Shown piece after piece: positions 9,491 to 19,215 of a stretch of 64,000 bases of DNA (the first letter of the stretch is position 1; each line of letters opens with the position of its first letter). The position numbers and the translations under genes were made by a program. The notes under the pieces are model-generated. The model was not told the origin of the DNA. It saw only the letters and a program-made list of their open reading frames with translations, and did no database searches. The DNA comes from an uncultured virus (IMG/VR IMGVR_UViG_2882707223_000001) (taxonomy: Duplodnaviria; Heunggongvirae; Uroviricota; Caudoviricetes). The stretch lies in IMG/VR virus record IMGVR_UViG_2882707223_000001; one strand, written 5' to 3'.

Positions 9491-10795
9491 GTGGGAACTG
9501 TAAAGATCAATAAGCTGGAGATAGAGAATGTCAAACGGGTAAAGGCGGTAAAAATGGAACCGTCAGCAAACGGCCTTACTATTATAGGTGGAAACAACAA
9601 TCAGGGAAAAACATCTGTACTGGATGCAATCGCGTGGGCGCTTGGCGGAGATAAGTTCCGGCCTTCCCAGGCTCAGAATACAGAATCGGTAATACCGCCG
9701 CATCTCCGGGTGGTCCTGAATAATGGCCTCATTGTTGAGAGAAAAGGGAAAAACAGCGATTTAAAAGTGACGGATCCGGAGGGAAATAAAGCAGGCCAAC
9801 AGCTTTTAAACGAGTTTGTCGAGCAGCTTGCCTTGAACCTTCCCAGATTTATGGAGGCAGGAAGCAAGGAAAAGGCAGAAACCCTTTTAAAGATCATTGG
9901 TATTGGAGACAGGCTGCATACATTGGAACAGCGGGAGCAGGAGCTTTTTAATGACCGGCGTGCCATCGGGCGTATTGCGGATCAGAAAGAGAAATTTGCA
10001 AAAGAACAGGTATATTATTCTGATGCTCCGCAGGACATTATTTCTCCGTCAGAACTGATCCAGAAACAGCAGGAGATACTCGCGAGAAATGGAGAAAACC
10101 AGAGAAAGCGGAAAAGAGTGGAGGATTATAGACGGATTGCAGATTTACTGACACAGAAGATTGAAAGCATAAAAGAGCAGCTGGAGAAAGAACAGAAGAA
10201 ACTGGAAGAGACAAATAAGTCTCTGGAGATAGCGGAAAAAGATGCAAGAGATCTTCAGGATGAGTCTACAAAGGAGCTGGAAGAATCTATCTCCAATATT
10301 GAAGAAATTAACCGGAAAGTCAGAGCGAACCTGGATAAAGGGAAAGCGGAGGATGATGCACGGGAGTACCGGCGCCAGTATGATGAATTCACCACAAAGC
10401 TGGAGGATGTCAGGAATCAGAAAGAAGACCTGCTCAACTCCGCGCCGCTTCCGCTGCCGGAGCTTTCAGTGGAAAATGGCGAGCTTATATATAAAGGGCA
10501 GAAATGGGACAACATGTCGGGATCTGATCGGCTGAAGGTTTCTACAGCTATTGTACGGAAGCTGAATCCCAGATGCGGTTTTGTGCTTCTGGACAAGCTG
10601 GAACAGATGGATATGGCCACGCTGACAGAGTTTGGACAATGGCTGGAGTCCGAAGGCCTGCAGGCGATCGCCACGCGTGTCAGCACCGGAGGCGAGTGCA
10701 GCATCCTGATCAGCGATGGATATTCTTATGGTCAGGATGATATACCGGCGGAAAAAGAGAATAAAAAAGTCACATGGAAGGAAGGAGAGTTTTGA
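9491..10795 (+). CDS. SMC/Rad50-like AAA ATPase
   Basis: Walker A GNNNQGKTS, long coiled coil, MSGS signature and LLDKLE Walker B. Confidence 0.85.
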   Translation: MGTVKINKLEIENVKRVKAVKMEPSANGLTIIGGNNNQGKTSVLDAIAWALGGDKFRPSQAQNTESVIPPHLRVVLNNGLIVERKGKNSDLKVTDPEGNKAGQQLLNEFVEQLALNLPRFMEAGSKEKAETLLKIIGIGDRLHTLEQREQELFNDRRAIGRIADQKEKFAKEQVYYSDAPQDIISPSELIQKQQEILARNGENQRKRKRVEDYRRIADLLTQKIESIKEQLEKEQKKLEETNKSLEIAEKDARDLQDESTKELEESISNIEEINRKVRANLDKGKAEDDAREYRRQYDEFTTKLEDVRNQKEDLLNSAPLPLPELSVENGELIYKGQKWDNMSGSDRLKVSTAIVRKLNPRCGFVLLDKLEQMDMATLTEFGQWLESEGLQAIATRVSTGGECSILISDGYSYGQDDIPAEKENKKVTWKEGEF

Positions 10796-11904
10796 TGGAA
10801 ATTATCAGAGGGAAAATTGTGCATGCCAAAAAGACCATAATCTACGGTCCCGAGGGAATAGGGAAATCAACGTTTGCCTCAAAATTTCCGGAACCTCTTT
10901 TTATCGATACGGAGGGCAGTACGAAGGAAATGAACATCTCGCGCCTGCCGGAACCGTCTTCCTGGGAAATGATACTGGAAGAGATCGCATATGTAAAAGG
11001 GAATCCGGATATCTGCCGGACACTGGTCATCGACACAGTTGACTGGGCGGAGGCGATGTGCATCGAACATGTCTGCTCAAAGCACCAGAAAGATGGACTG
11101 GAAAGTTTTGGATATGGCAGCGGATATATTTATGAAAAAGAAGAATTTGGACGGTTTTTAAACAGGCTGGAAGAAATCGTCAAGGCAGGAGTTAATGTCG
11201 TGATGACCGCCCACGCCCAGATGCGGAAATTTGAGCAGCCGGATGAGATGGGAGCTTATGACAGGTGGGAGCTGAAACTGGGTAAGAAGACTACGTCCCA
11301 GATATCGCCGCTGATAAAGGAATGGGCGGATATGGTGTTATTTGCGAATTATAAGACCTATTCCGTTGCGGTGGATGATAAGGGGAAGAAACATAAGGCG
11401 CAGGGCGGATCGCGCGTCATGTACACGACACACCATCCATGTTGGGATGCAAAGAACCGGTACGGACTTCCGGAAGAGATGCCCTTTGACTATGCAGGCA
11501 TTTCCCATCTCTTTGGGACTACGGGAGTTCCTGTGGCTTCCAGACAACATGACGAGGGGGATGTGCAGTATGGAGATCCTTCCGGGAAGGAAAGGGAAGA
11601 GTCCACCGGACAACTGCCGACAGACTCCGGAAATGAAAAATCTGCACCGAAAACTGATATTGGAAAACTGATCACGGAGAGCAATCCGGACAATCTGCCG
11701 CGGGCGTTGAAGGATCTGATGATAGAACACAGTGTATCAGAATGGGATATCCAGAATGCCGTGGCATCGAAGGGATATTATACCAGTGATACGCCTGTCG
11801 AAAAGTACGATCCTGGATTTATTCAGGGGGTTTTGGTCGGGGCATGGCAGCAAGTATATAGAATGATACAGGAAATAAGGGATAAGATGGAGATCCCGTT
11901 TTAA
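10795..11904 (+). CDS. Sak4-like AAA_24 ATPase / recombination protein
   Basis: IYGPEGIGKST, FIDTEGS, TLVIDT, EWADMVLFANY. Confidence 0.85.
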   Translation: MEIIRGKIVHAKKTIIYGPEGIGKSTFASKFPEPLFIDTEGSTKEMNISRLPEPSSWEMILEEIAYVKGNPDICRTLVIDTVDWAEAMCIEHVCSKHQKDGLESFGYGSGYIYEKEEFGRFLNRLEEIVKAGVNVVMTAHAQMRKFEQPDEMGAYDRWELKLGKKTTSQISPLIKEWADMVLFANYKTYSVAVDDKGKKHKAQGGSRVMYTTHHPCWDAKNRYGLPEEMPFDYAGISHLFGTTGVPVASRQHDEGDVQYGDPSGKEREESTGQLPTDSGNEKSAPKTDIGKLITESNPDNLPRALKDLMIEHSVSEWDIQNAVASKGYYTSDTPVEKYDPGFIQGVLVGAWQQVYRMIQEIRDKMEIPF

Positions 11905-11919
11905 TAAGGAGGAATTATT

Positions 11920-12375
11920 ATGGATAACAATAACGCAGTGGAAAGAGAGTTTGCCTGGGACGATACGATAACGAAAGATTCCGGCGAATATGTCCTTTTG
12001 CCGGAAGGAGACTATAATTTCACGGTAGAAAGCTTTGAGCGTGGCAGGCATGCCGGGAGTGAGAAACTTCCCGCATGCAACAAGGCAATTCTGACATTAA
12101 ATATTGAGGCGTCGGAGGGGACAACCAAGATCACACACAACCTATTCCTGCATTCAAAAACGGAAGGTCTGCTCTCGGCATTCTTCTCCAGCATCGGTCA
12201 GAAGAAAAAGGGGGAGCCCTTAAAGATGAACTGGCAGAAAGTTCCGGGATCCTCAGGAAAGTGTAAAGTGGGTGTACATACTTATACAAAAGATGGAGAA
12301 ACGAGAAAGAGCAATGACATCAAGAGGTTTTACCCGAAAGAAGACGGGCCGGCATATAAGGAAGGTGAATTTTAA
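11920..12375 (+). CDS. DUF669-type single-stranded DNA-binding protein
   Basis: LLPEGDYNFTV motif, acidic/aromatic C-terminus, position after Sak4. Confidence 0.75.
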   Translation: MDNNNAVEREFAWDDTITKDSGEYVLLPEGDYNFTVESFERGRHAGSEKLPACNKAILTLNIEASEGTTKITHNLFLHSKTEGLLSAFFSSIGQKKKGEPLKMNWQKVPGSSGKCKVGVHTYTKDGETRKSNDIKRFYPKEDGPAYKEGEF

Positions 12376-13967
12376 TGGTAGAGCTCAGGCCATATCAGGC
12401 GGAAGCAAAGCAGAGCATATTTGATGAATGGGACAAGGGCATATTGAAAACGCTCCTGGTCCTTCCCACAGGCTGTGGCAAGACGATAGTCTTTGCCAAA
12501 ATAGCGGAAGAATGCGTAAAAAACGGAGAGCGGGTACTGATACTCGCCCACCGCGGTGAGCTCTTGGAGCAGGCGGCAGATAAGATCTTTAAGGCTACGG
12601 GGCTTGGGTGCGCCACCGAAAAAGCGGAAGAAAGCTGCCTTGGCAGCTGGTTCAGGGTTGCAGTCGGCTCAGTACAGTCTCTGATGAGGGAGAAACGCCT
12701 TTCCCAATTCTCAGAAGATCATTTTGATACGATCATCATAGATGAGGCGCACCACAGCATCTCGGAGAGCTACCAGAAAGTCGTGAGACATTTTCCGGGG
12801 GCAAAGGTGCTCGGTGTTACCGCGACGCCGGACAGAGGAGATATGAAGAACCTGGGGGAGTATTTTGAGTCGCTGGCATATGAGTATACACTGCCGAAGG
12901 CGATAAAGGAAGGATATCTGGCACCGATCAAAGCGCTGACCGTACCGCTCAAGATGGATCTGTCAGGCGTTGGGGTGCAGGCAGGAGATTTTAAGAGCAG
13001 CGATATTGCGGGCGCACTGGACCCGTACCTGCGCCAGATCGCCGGGGAGATGGCGAAATACTGCAGGGGCAGGAAGACCGTGGTATTCCTTCCGCTGGTC
13101 AAGACAAGCCAAAAATTCAGGGATATTTTAAACGACAGCGGGTTTTCCGCAGCGGAGGTCAACGGAAACAGCATGGGCAGGGCGGAGATATTGAGGGATT
13201 TTGAAGCCGGCAAATACAATGTATTGTGCAATTCCATGCTGTTGACAGAAGGATGGGACTGCCCGTCGGTGGACTGCATCGTGGTGCTGCGCCCGACAAA
13301 GGTGCGAAGCCTATATTGCCAGATGGTGGGACGCGGCACACGCCTGTCGCCGGAGACAGGGAAAGAACACCTTCTCCTGCTGGATTTTCTCTGGCATACC
13401 GAACGGCATGAACTGTGCCATCCCGCTGATCTGGTCTGTGCAGACCATAACGTGGCGCAGCAGATGACGAAGAACTTGGAGGATGCCGCGGGCACGGCCG
13501 TGGATATAGAGGAAGCGGAGAGCACCGCTTCAGAAGATGTGGTAGCACAGCGTGAGGAGGCGCTCGCCAAACAGCTTGCGGAGATGCGGCATAGAAAGAG
13601 TAAACTGGTAGACCCGCTCCAGTTTGAGATGAGCATACAGGCGGAAGACCTCTCGGGCTATGTGCCTACATTTGGATGGGAGGCGGCGCCGCCCTCCGAT
13701 AAACAGAAAGCGACGCTCGAGAAGCTGGGGATCCTGCCGGATGAGATTGAGAATGCGGGGAAGGCAGCAAAAATACTGGACAGACTGGATAAAAGAAAAT
13801 CAGAAGGGCTGACTACGCCGAAACAGATCCGCTTCCTTGAGAGAAAAGGTTTCCAGCATGTCGGCATGTGGCAGTTTGAGACTGCAAAAAAGCTGATTGA
13901 CCGCATCGCGGCAAATGGCTGGAAGGTGCCGAGTGAGATAGATCCGTGGGAATATAAAGGAGCTTGA
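12375..13967 (+). CDS. SF2 DEAD/DEAH-box helicase
   Basis: LPTGCGKT, IIDEAHH, TATP, LTEGWD, QMVGRGTR. Confidence 0.93.
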   Translation: MVELRPYQAEAKQSIFDEWDKGILKTLLVLPTGCGKTIVFAKIAEECVKNGERVLILAHRGELLEQAADKIFKATGLGCATEKAEESCLGSWFRVAVGSVQSLMREKRLSQFSEDHFDTIIIDEAHHSISESYQKVVRHFPGAKVLGVTATPDRGDMKNLGEYFESLAYEYTLPKAIKEGYLAPIKALTVPLKMDLSGVGVQAGDFKSSDIAGALDPYLRQIAGEMAKYCRGRKTVVFLPLVKTSQKFRDILNDSGFSAAEVNGNSMGRAEILRDFEAGKYNVLCNSMLLTEGWDCPSVDCIVVLRPTKVRSLYCQMVGRGTRLSPETGKEHLLLLDFLWHTERHELCHPADLVCADHNVAQQMTKNLEDAAGTAVDIEEAESTASEDVVAQREEALAKQLAEMRHRKSKLVDPLQFEMSIQAEDLSGYVPTFGWEAAPPSDKQKATLEKLGILPDEIENAGKAAKILDRLDKRKSEGLTTPKQIRFLERKGFQHVGMWQFETAKKLIDRIAANGWKVPSEIDPWEYKGA

Positions 13968-13970
13968 TAA

Positions 13971-16244
13971 ATGTCAGAAGGATATGACCTCTTAGAAATA
14001 ATGAATTATTTAGATCCTTCAAAACTGAATTACCAGGACTGGTGTGTAGTGGGGATGGCGTTAAAGGAGGAAGGCTTCGCACTGGCAGACTGGGACGAAT
14101 GGAGCCGGCGGGACCATGCTCGCTACCACTCGGGGGAGTGCCTGCGGAAATGGAATAGTTTTAACGGCACCAACAATCCTGTGACGGGCGGAACGATTGT
14201 GCAGATGGCAAAAGAACAGGGATGGATCCCGGAGCGTGATCCCGGGCATGAACTGGACTGGAACGACGTTATAAACAGGGACGAAAAAGTAATCATAGAT
14301 TCCGGCTGGCTGGAGGGAAAAGAAATACCGGAGCCGGTTGACTGGGATCCCCGGAAAGAGCTGATCCGATATCTGGAAGTGCTGTTTGATTCTACAGAGA
14401 ATGTGGGATATGTCACCCGTTCCTTTGAAAAGGATGAAAAGCATATGCCGACCAAAGGTGTCTGGGACAGAACAGCGGGACAGCTCATACAGGAGCTAAA
14501 CAGATGCAGCGATATGCTGGATGTCATCGGTGACTACAATAAAAAAGCAGGAGCGTGGATACGCTTCAACCCATTGGATGGAAAAGGGATAAAAAATGAA
14601 AATGTTACAGATTTTCGGTATGCGTTAGTGGAATCGGATTCTGTAGAGATTGAGAAACAGAATGCTGTCATCAGGGAACTGGAACTGCCAGTAGCATGCT
14701 TAGTCCATAGTGGAGGCAAGAGCTTACACGCCGTTGTGCGCGTAGATGCAGCAGACTATCAGGAATACAGAAAAAGAGTAGACTATTTGTACAATATCTG
14801 TAATAAAAACGGTTTTAAGATCGATGTCCAGAATAAAAATCCGTCCAGACTGTCCCGGATGCCAGGGATCATGAGAAACGGCCATAAGCAGTTTCTCGTG
14901 GATACCAATATAGGAAAGGCGTCATGGAGTGAGTGGTATGAATGGATAGAGAGCGTCAATGATGACCTTCCGGAACCGGAATCACTGCATGATGTGTGGG
15001 AAAACCTTCCAGAGCTTTCGCCGCCATTAATAGAGAACGTGCTGCGGCAGGGACATAAGATGTTGATTGCAGGGCCGTCAAAGGCAGGAAAATCTTTTGC
15101 GCTGATAGAATTATGCTGTGCTATCGCAGAGGGGCGTTCCTGGCTCGGCTGGCAGTGCTCTGAGGGCAAGATCATGTATGTCAATCTGGAACTTGACAGA
15201 GCAAGCTGCCTGCATCGGTTTAAAGATGTGTATGCTGCCCTCGGCTGGCGGCCGAATCATCTCGGCAATATCGATATTTGGAATCTGAGAGGGAAATCCA
15301 TCCCGATGGACAAGCTGGCACCAAAGCTGATCCGGCGGGCGGCAAAGAAAAATTATATCGCTATCATTATAGATCCGATCTATAAGATCATCACAGGTGA
15401 TGAGAACAGCGCGGACCAGATGGCGAATTTCTGTAACCAATTTGACAAGGTATGCACGGAGTTGAACTGTGCCGTAATCTACTGCCACCATCACTCAAAA
15501 GGGAGCCAGGGAGGAAAGCGGTCTATGGACAGGGCTTCTGGATCCGGGGTTTTTGCCAGGGATCCGGACGCGCTGCTCGATCTGATTGAACTGGAGCTGA
15601 CAGATGACATTTTAAAGCAGGAAGAAAACAAAGCTGCTTGTGATACCTATATTGATTATTTAAACAAGTACTTTGATGACTGGGAAGATGATGTGTCCCA
15701 AGATGCAATGTGTAGCCGGACACAGATGGAAGCATTCTGCAAAAAGAAGCTGGCAGCCAGGCAGTACAGTGAATTGGAGGCTCTGATAGATGCTACAGAG
15801 AAAAAAGTGCACAAGTATACTGCGTGGCGCATTGAGGGAACGTTGCGCGAATTTCCGAAATTCCCGCCGGTCAATCTCTGGTTTGATTATCCGGTGCACC
15901 GTGCAGATCCGTCGGGCGCATTGGGGGATATCCAGCCGGAGGCGGAAAAGCCATATTGGCAGAGGGGAAAAGATGCTCGTAAAAAGCAGGGGGAAACGCA
16001 GCGGAAAGATAAGCAGGCAAAATTTAATATGGCGATCGAAAGTTTTCGGTTCGGTCATGATGATATGTATCCGACAGTAAAAGAGTTGTACGAACAAATG
16101 AAAAGCGATGCGGAGGCAGTGGGTGAGAAATATCCGGCGGAGAAAACTATCTGGAATTCTTTGAAAAGGATCGGGTATACGACGGATAAAGATACAAAAA
16201 GAATAGTCCCGCTACCAGAAAAAACGGGAAACGGGAATGAGTAG
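13971..16244 (+). CDS. Primase-helicase (PriCT-2 + primase + AAA_25)
   Basis: PriCT-like N-terminus, HSGGKSLH, GPSKAGKS Walker A, IIDPIY, HHHSKG. Confidence 0.88.
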   Translation: MSEGYDLLEIMNYLDPSKLNYQDWCVVGMALKEEGFALADWDEWSRRDHARYHSGECLRKWNSFNGTNNPVTGGTIVQMAKEQGWIPERDPGHELDWNDVINRDEKVIIDSGWLEGKEIPEPVDWDPRKELIRYLEVLFDSTENVGYVTRSFEKDEKHMPTKGVWDRTAGQLIQELNRCSDMLDVIGDYNKKAGAWIRFNPLDGKGIKNENVTDFRYALVESDSVEIEKQNAVIRELELPVACLVHSGGKSLHAVVRVDAADYQEYRKRVDYLYNICNKNGFKIDVQNKNPSRLSRMPGIMRNGHKQFLVDTNIGKASWSEWYEWIESVNDDLPEPESLHDVWENLPELSPPLIENVLRQGHKMLIAGPSKAGKSFALIELCCAIAEGRSWLGWQCSEGKIMYVNLELDRASCLHRFKDVYAALGWRPNHLGNIDIWNLRGKSIPMDKLAPKLIRRAAKKNYIAIIIDPIYKIITGDENSADQMANFCNQFDKVCTELNCAVIYCHHHSKGSQGGKRSMDRASGSGVFARDPDALLDLIELELTDDILKQEENKAACDTYIDYLNKYFDDWEDDVSQDAMCSRTQMEAFCKKKLAARQYSELEALIDATEKKVHKYTAWRIEGTLREFPKFPPVNLWFDYPVHRADPSGALGDIQPEAEKPYWQRGKDARKKQGETQRKDKQAKFNMAIESFRFGHDDMYPTVKELYEQMKSDAEAVGEKYPAEKTIWNSLKRIGYTTDKDTKRIVPLPEKTGNGNE

Positions 16245-16480
16245 AAATGCTTCCCGCAACCAGTAAATTACTGGTGCCGGGAATTGGGAAATGCATTCCC
16301 GCCACCATGGTCGCGGGAGTCGGGAACATTCCCTCCCGGCACCTATATATACTACGTATATATCCCTTTCGGGAACGGGAATGTGCGGGCACCCCCCTAA
16401 CGTGTGGGGCGATATAAGCACGCCCCACACACGGGAGGGAGCCCACCCAGCACAACCGCGCAGGAAAGGAATTAGAGAAA

Positions 16481-16879
16481 ATGGGAAATATGATTGAATT
16501 TTTTATGGCTATGGATCCTCCGACCTGCACGCATCAGGAAAAGCAGGTAGCAATCGTAAAGGGAAAGCCGGTATTTTATGATCCACCGGAGGTAAAGAAC
16601 GCTAAAAGCAAATTGACAGGGCATCTGATACGTCACAAGCCTAAAAAACCCTATAATGCGGGATGTCGCCTGATAACAAAATGGTGCTTCCCTACGAAGA
16701 GTCACAATGACGGGGAATACCGGATCACAAAGCCTGATACAGATAATCTGCAAAAAATGTTAAAGGATTGCATGACAATGTGCGGTTTCTGGAAGGATGA
16801 TGCGTTGGTAGCATCGGAGATTGTTGAAAAGTTCTGGTCGGAAGTACCGGGCATTTATATCAGGATTGAAGAATTATGA
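16481..16879 (+). CDS. rusA: RusA-like Holliday junction resolvase
   Basis: KPDTDNLQKMLKD...WKDDALV motif. Confidence 0.88.
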   Translation: MGNMIEFFMAMDPPTCTHQEKQVAIVKGKPVFYDPPEVKNAKSKLTGHLIRHKPKKPYNAGCRLITKWCFPTKSHNDGEYRITKPDTDNLQKMLKDCMTMCGFWKDDALVASEIVEKFWSEVPGIYIRIEEL

Positions 16880-17097
16880 GAAAAGAGCATGCTTATAAAG
16901 TTTTTGTGGATATATGGAGACTGATATGTAAATACCGTTTTCAGAAACTGGATGATACTGAATGGGGCAGTTTTGTTTCCGATGGCGAGCGACTGTTACA
17001 GAGATACAAAGGAACGGATGTTGAATATTTGTACCGGCAGCTTCTCTTGGCAGTATCAGCAGTATATGAGCAGTTTGAAAAAAATAAAATGGATTGA
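16876..17097 (+). CDS. Phage hypothetical protein
   Basis: ATGA overlap with the rusA stop. Confidence 0.6.
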   Translation: MRKEHAYKVFVDIWRLICKYRFQKLDDTEWGSFVSDGERLLQRYKGTDVEYLYRQLLLAVSAVYEQFEKNKMD

Positions 17098-17111
17098 GGA
17101 AGAAAGCATAG

Positions 17112-17228
17112 ATGGGAAATTTTCAGGATACAGATAATGCTGTGCAAAAAATGGAATACGATGCGTTGAACGGGGAAATAAAGCGGACGATGAGAAGGTC
17201 TGCGAGGGACATGGTGCAGATAGGATAG
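17112..17228 (+). pseudogene. Truncated phage gene at the element junction
   Basis: GAGGA RBS; MGNFQ...RDMVQIG* stops exactly where base composition turns AT-rich. Confidence 0.5.
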
Positions 17229-17280
17229 CCAAAAAGTTCAAAAGTCAACTAAAAAAAGCCCTCTTTCGGGGGCTTCTTCC

Positions 17281-17676
17281 TTAGTATATGGTCATATCTT
17301 CATCTTCATTCTTTCTGTTGTATATTCTTATATGGAAATAGTTTATATTTTTCTCCTCTATGTTTTTATTATATTCTTTAAAAATAGGGGGTGTTTCGTA
17401 TCTTCTATCGTATTCTAAATAATCATATAATTTGTTTTTTAAATAATATACTGATGTATTACTTTTTATCAATATAGAAACTGAATAATATTCATATCCT
17501 TTTTTATCTCCTTTATACATATATCCTATTATTAAGTCATTCGTTATGTAATCAGTGTCTATACCTATGGTTTGTATAAAGCCATTTTGCATTAACCACT
17601 TGTGCCAGTCTATTAGAGATGTTCCTGTTTCTGGTAATCTATCAATAAGTTTTTGAAATCTTTTTGTTCTTGCCAT
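17281..17676 (-). CDS. Hypothetical protein of the AT-rich element
   Basis: 131 aa; AAGGGAG RBS; terminator hairpin at 17251-17275. Confidence 0.65.
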   Translation of the reverse strand: MARTKRFQKLIDRLPETGTSLIDWHKWLMQNGFIQTIGIDTDYITNDLIIGYMYKGDKKGYEYYSVSILIKSNTSVYYLKNKLYDYLEYDRRYETPPIFKEYNKNIEEKNINYFHIRIYNRKNEDEDMTIY

Positions 17677-17764
17677 TTTGGGCGGCTCTCCCTTCTCTAT
17701 AAATTATTTATAAAGTATACCATATTTAGCGCATATGTGCTAGCCCTCATTTAAAGGCGGTAAA

Positions 17765-18510
17765 CTCGGCGGCTGTCAAGTGCTAGGGTGGAGATTTTTT
17801 TGAATGTATTTCTCAAAAAAATACTACCCGATCTTGACTGCCTTACAACCTAAAAGATAATAGGAACAGAGGAAAAACCACAAAGGGGCTTTTCCTCTTA
17901 GGTGCTATGTTTTTCTTTCCAGTCTGTCAAGAAAGTATATTTTTTGTGGTAAATGATGATTTTTTAAAAAAAATGAAAAAATGCGTGATTTTTTTTGAAT
18001 TTCAAAAACCCTCTGGGGAAAGTGGGGAAACTGGGGAAAATGGGGAAAAAATATAATGATAAACCTTTAAAAATGGCTTAAATACGGCATTTCTCTTACG
18101 CGCACACACCGACAAGGGCTTGTGTCGGTGTGTGTGGGGTAAACTGGGGAAAGTGGGGAAAGTGGGGAAAAAAACACGCCTAAAAGTGGGGAAAATGGGC
18201 TTTTAAAGTGGGGAAAGTGTTTCACTTACCCCTCTTTCCACAGTTTAGCCCTCAATTCACATACGAACAAGCGGCAAAAAACGAAGTTTTTTGAAGGCTA
18301 ACCCGCCCGCTTGTGAGGTCGTAAGATTTTCGGTAGAAAATCGAGCGTAAAAAATACAAAAAGTTTTACCCCTTCAGGGGTAAAATGTTCACGCCCTTAT
18401 AAAAACAAGTATAAAATATTAAATTCACTTAGGTTTTTCCCCTGTTTACTTTTACTTACCCCTGTTTATTTTTCTGATCTGTTGACAAAAGTGGGGAAAG
18501 ATTATAAAAT
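17765..18510. repeat. Putative replication origin: hairpins and TGGGGAAA iterons
   Basis: Long hairpin 17769-17842 containing TACTACCCGA; about ten TGGGGAAA-type copies at 18014-18217 plus one at 18492; hairpins CACACACCGACA/TGTCGGTGTGTG and TTTTACCCC/GGGGTAAAA. Confidence 0.65.
18482..18510 (+). promoter_or_regulatory. Rep-operon promoter with an iteron in its spacer
   Basis: TTGACA-AAAGTGGGGAAAGATTA(17)-TAAAAT. Confidence 0.7.
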
Positions 18511-18634
18511 TATATTATAAAAAATAAATAAAAATCTAACAAGTATAGATTAAATGGAAAAATTAAAGGGCTGAAAAGTCTTTTATTTTCTGTTTAATCT
18601 ATTTTTTTGTTTTATAAGAAAGGATGAAAAAAAG

Positions 18635-18922
18635 ATGAGAGAAATTGCAAAAGATGAGTTTTGGGGAAAACTACCAAAACGCATAAATGAAAAGTCAATT
18701 AATAATGTATCTATGACTTTTTATAAAAATATCAATAATGAATATTTTATGATTTATAGAACCTATAATATGCGTCATAATTATATGATTTCATTGGAAT
18801 ATTTTGAAATATCTTATTATGAATACTTAGAAGAAAATGACGGTTATGATTATAGCTCAAATAAATATGATTCAAGCAATAGTGATTATAAAAAACGCTT
18901 TAACTATGGATATGATGATTAA
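18635..18922 (+). CDS. Hypothetical protein
   Basis: AAGGA RBS; first gene of the rep operon. Confidence 0.55.
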   Translation: MREIAKDEFWGKLPKRINEKSINNVSMTFYKNINNEYFMIYRTYNMRHNYMISLEYFEISYYEYLEENDGYDYSSNKYDSSNSDYKKRFNYGYDD

Positions 18923-18939
18923 AAAAGGAAGGTGAAAAA

Positions 18940-19215
18940 ATGAATAATAAAAAATACTTTAACTGTAAAGATGAAAACGGTTATATGAAAAAAGATCGAG
19001 AATGGATAGATAAGTTTAAGGCTCTTTATAATAATTATACGGCTGATGAACTTATAGCCTATGAAAAGGAAATATATTCAATGGGTAATGATATAAGGGG
19101 CTTAGAGCATAAGGTGCATTTTATAAGTATTATTCTATATAATAATTACGCTCTTTTTACTGCTATTGAAGAACTTATAAAAGAAAAAACAGAAAAAAAG
19201 GGCGGTGATGTCTAA
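18940..19215 (+). CDS. Hypothetical protein
   Basis: AAGGTG RBS; stop overlaps the inferred Rep start. Confidence 0.6.
   Translation: MNNKKYFNCKDENGYMKKDREWIDKFKALYNNYTADELIAYEKEIYSMGNDIRGLEHKVHFISIILYNNYALFTAIEELIKEKTEKKGGDV

Larger units (their letters stand above)
1420..17227. mobile_element. Prophage 1, left arm (integration, immunity, replication); no structural genes of its own in this window
   Basis: Integrase-repressor-Cro-replication gene order typical of temperate Firmicutes phages. Confidence 0.85.

Noticed and set aside
12770..13636. 288-aa minus-strand ORF
   Set aside because: Antisense shadow of the helicase.
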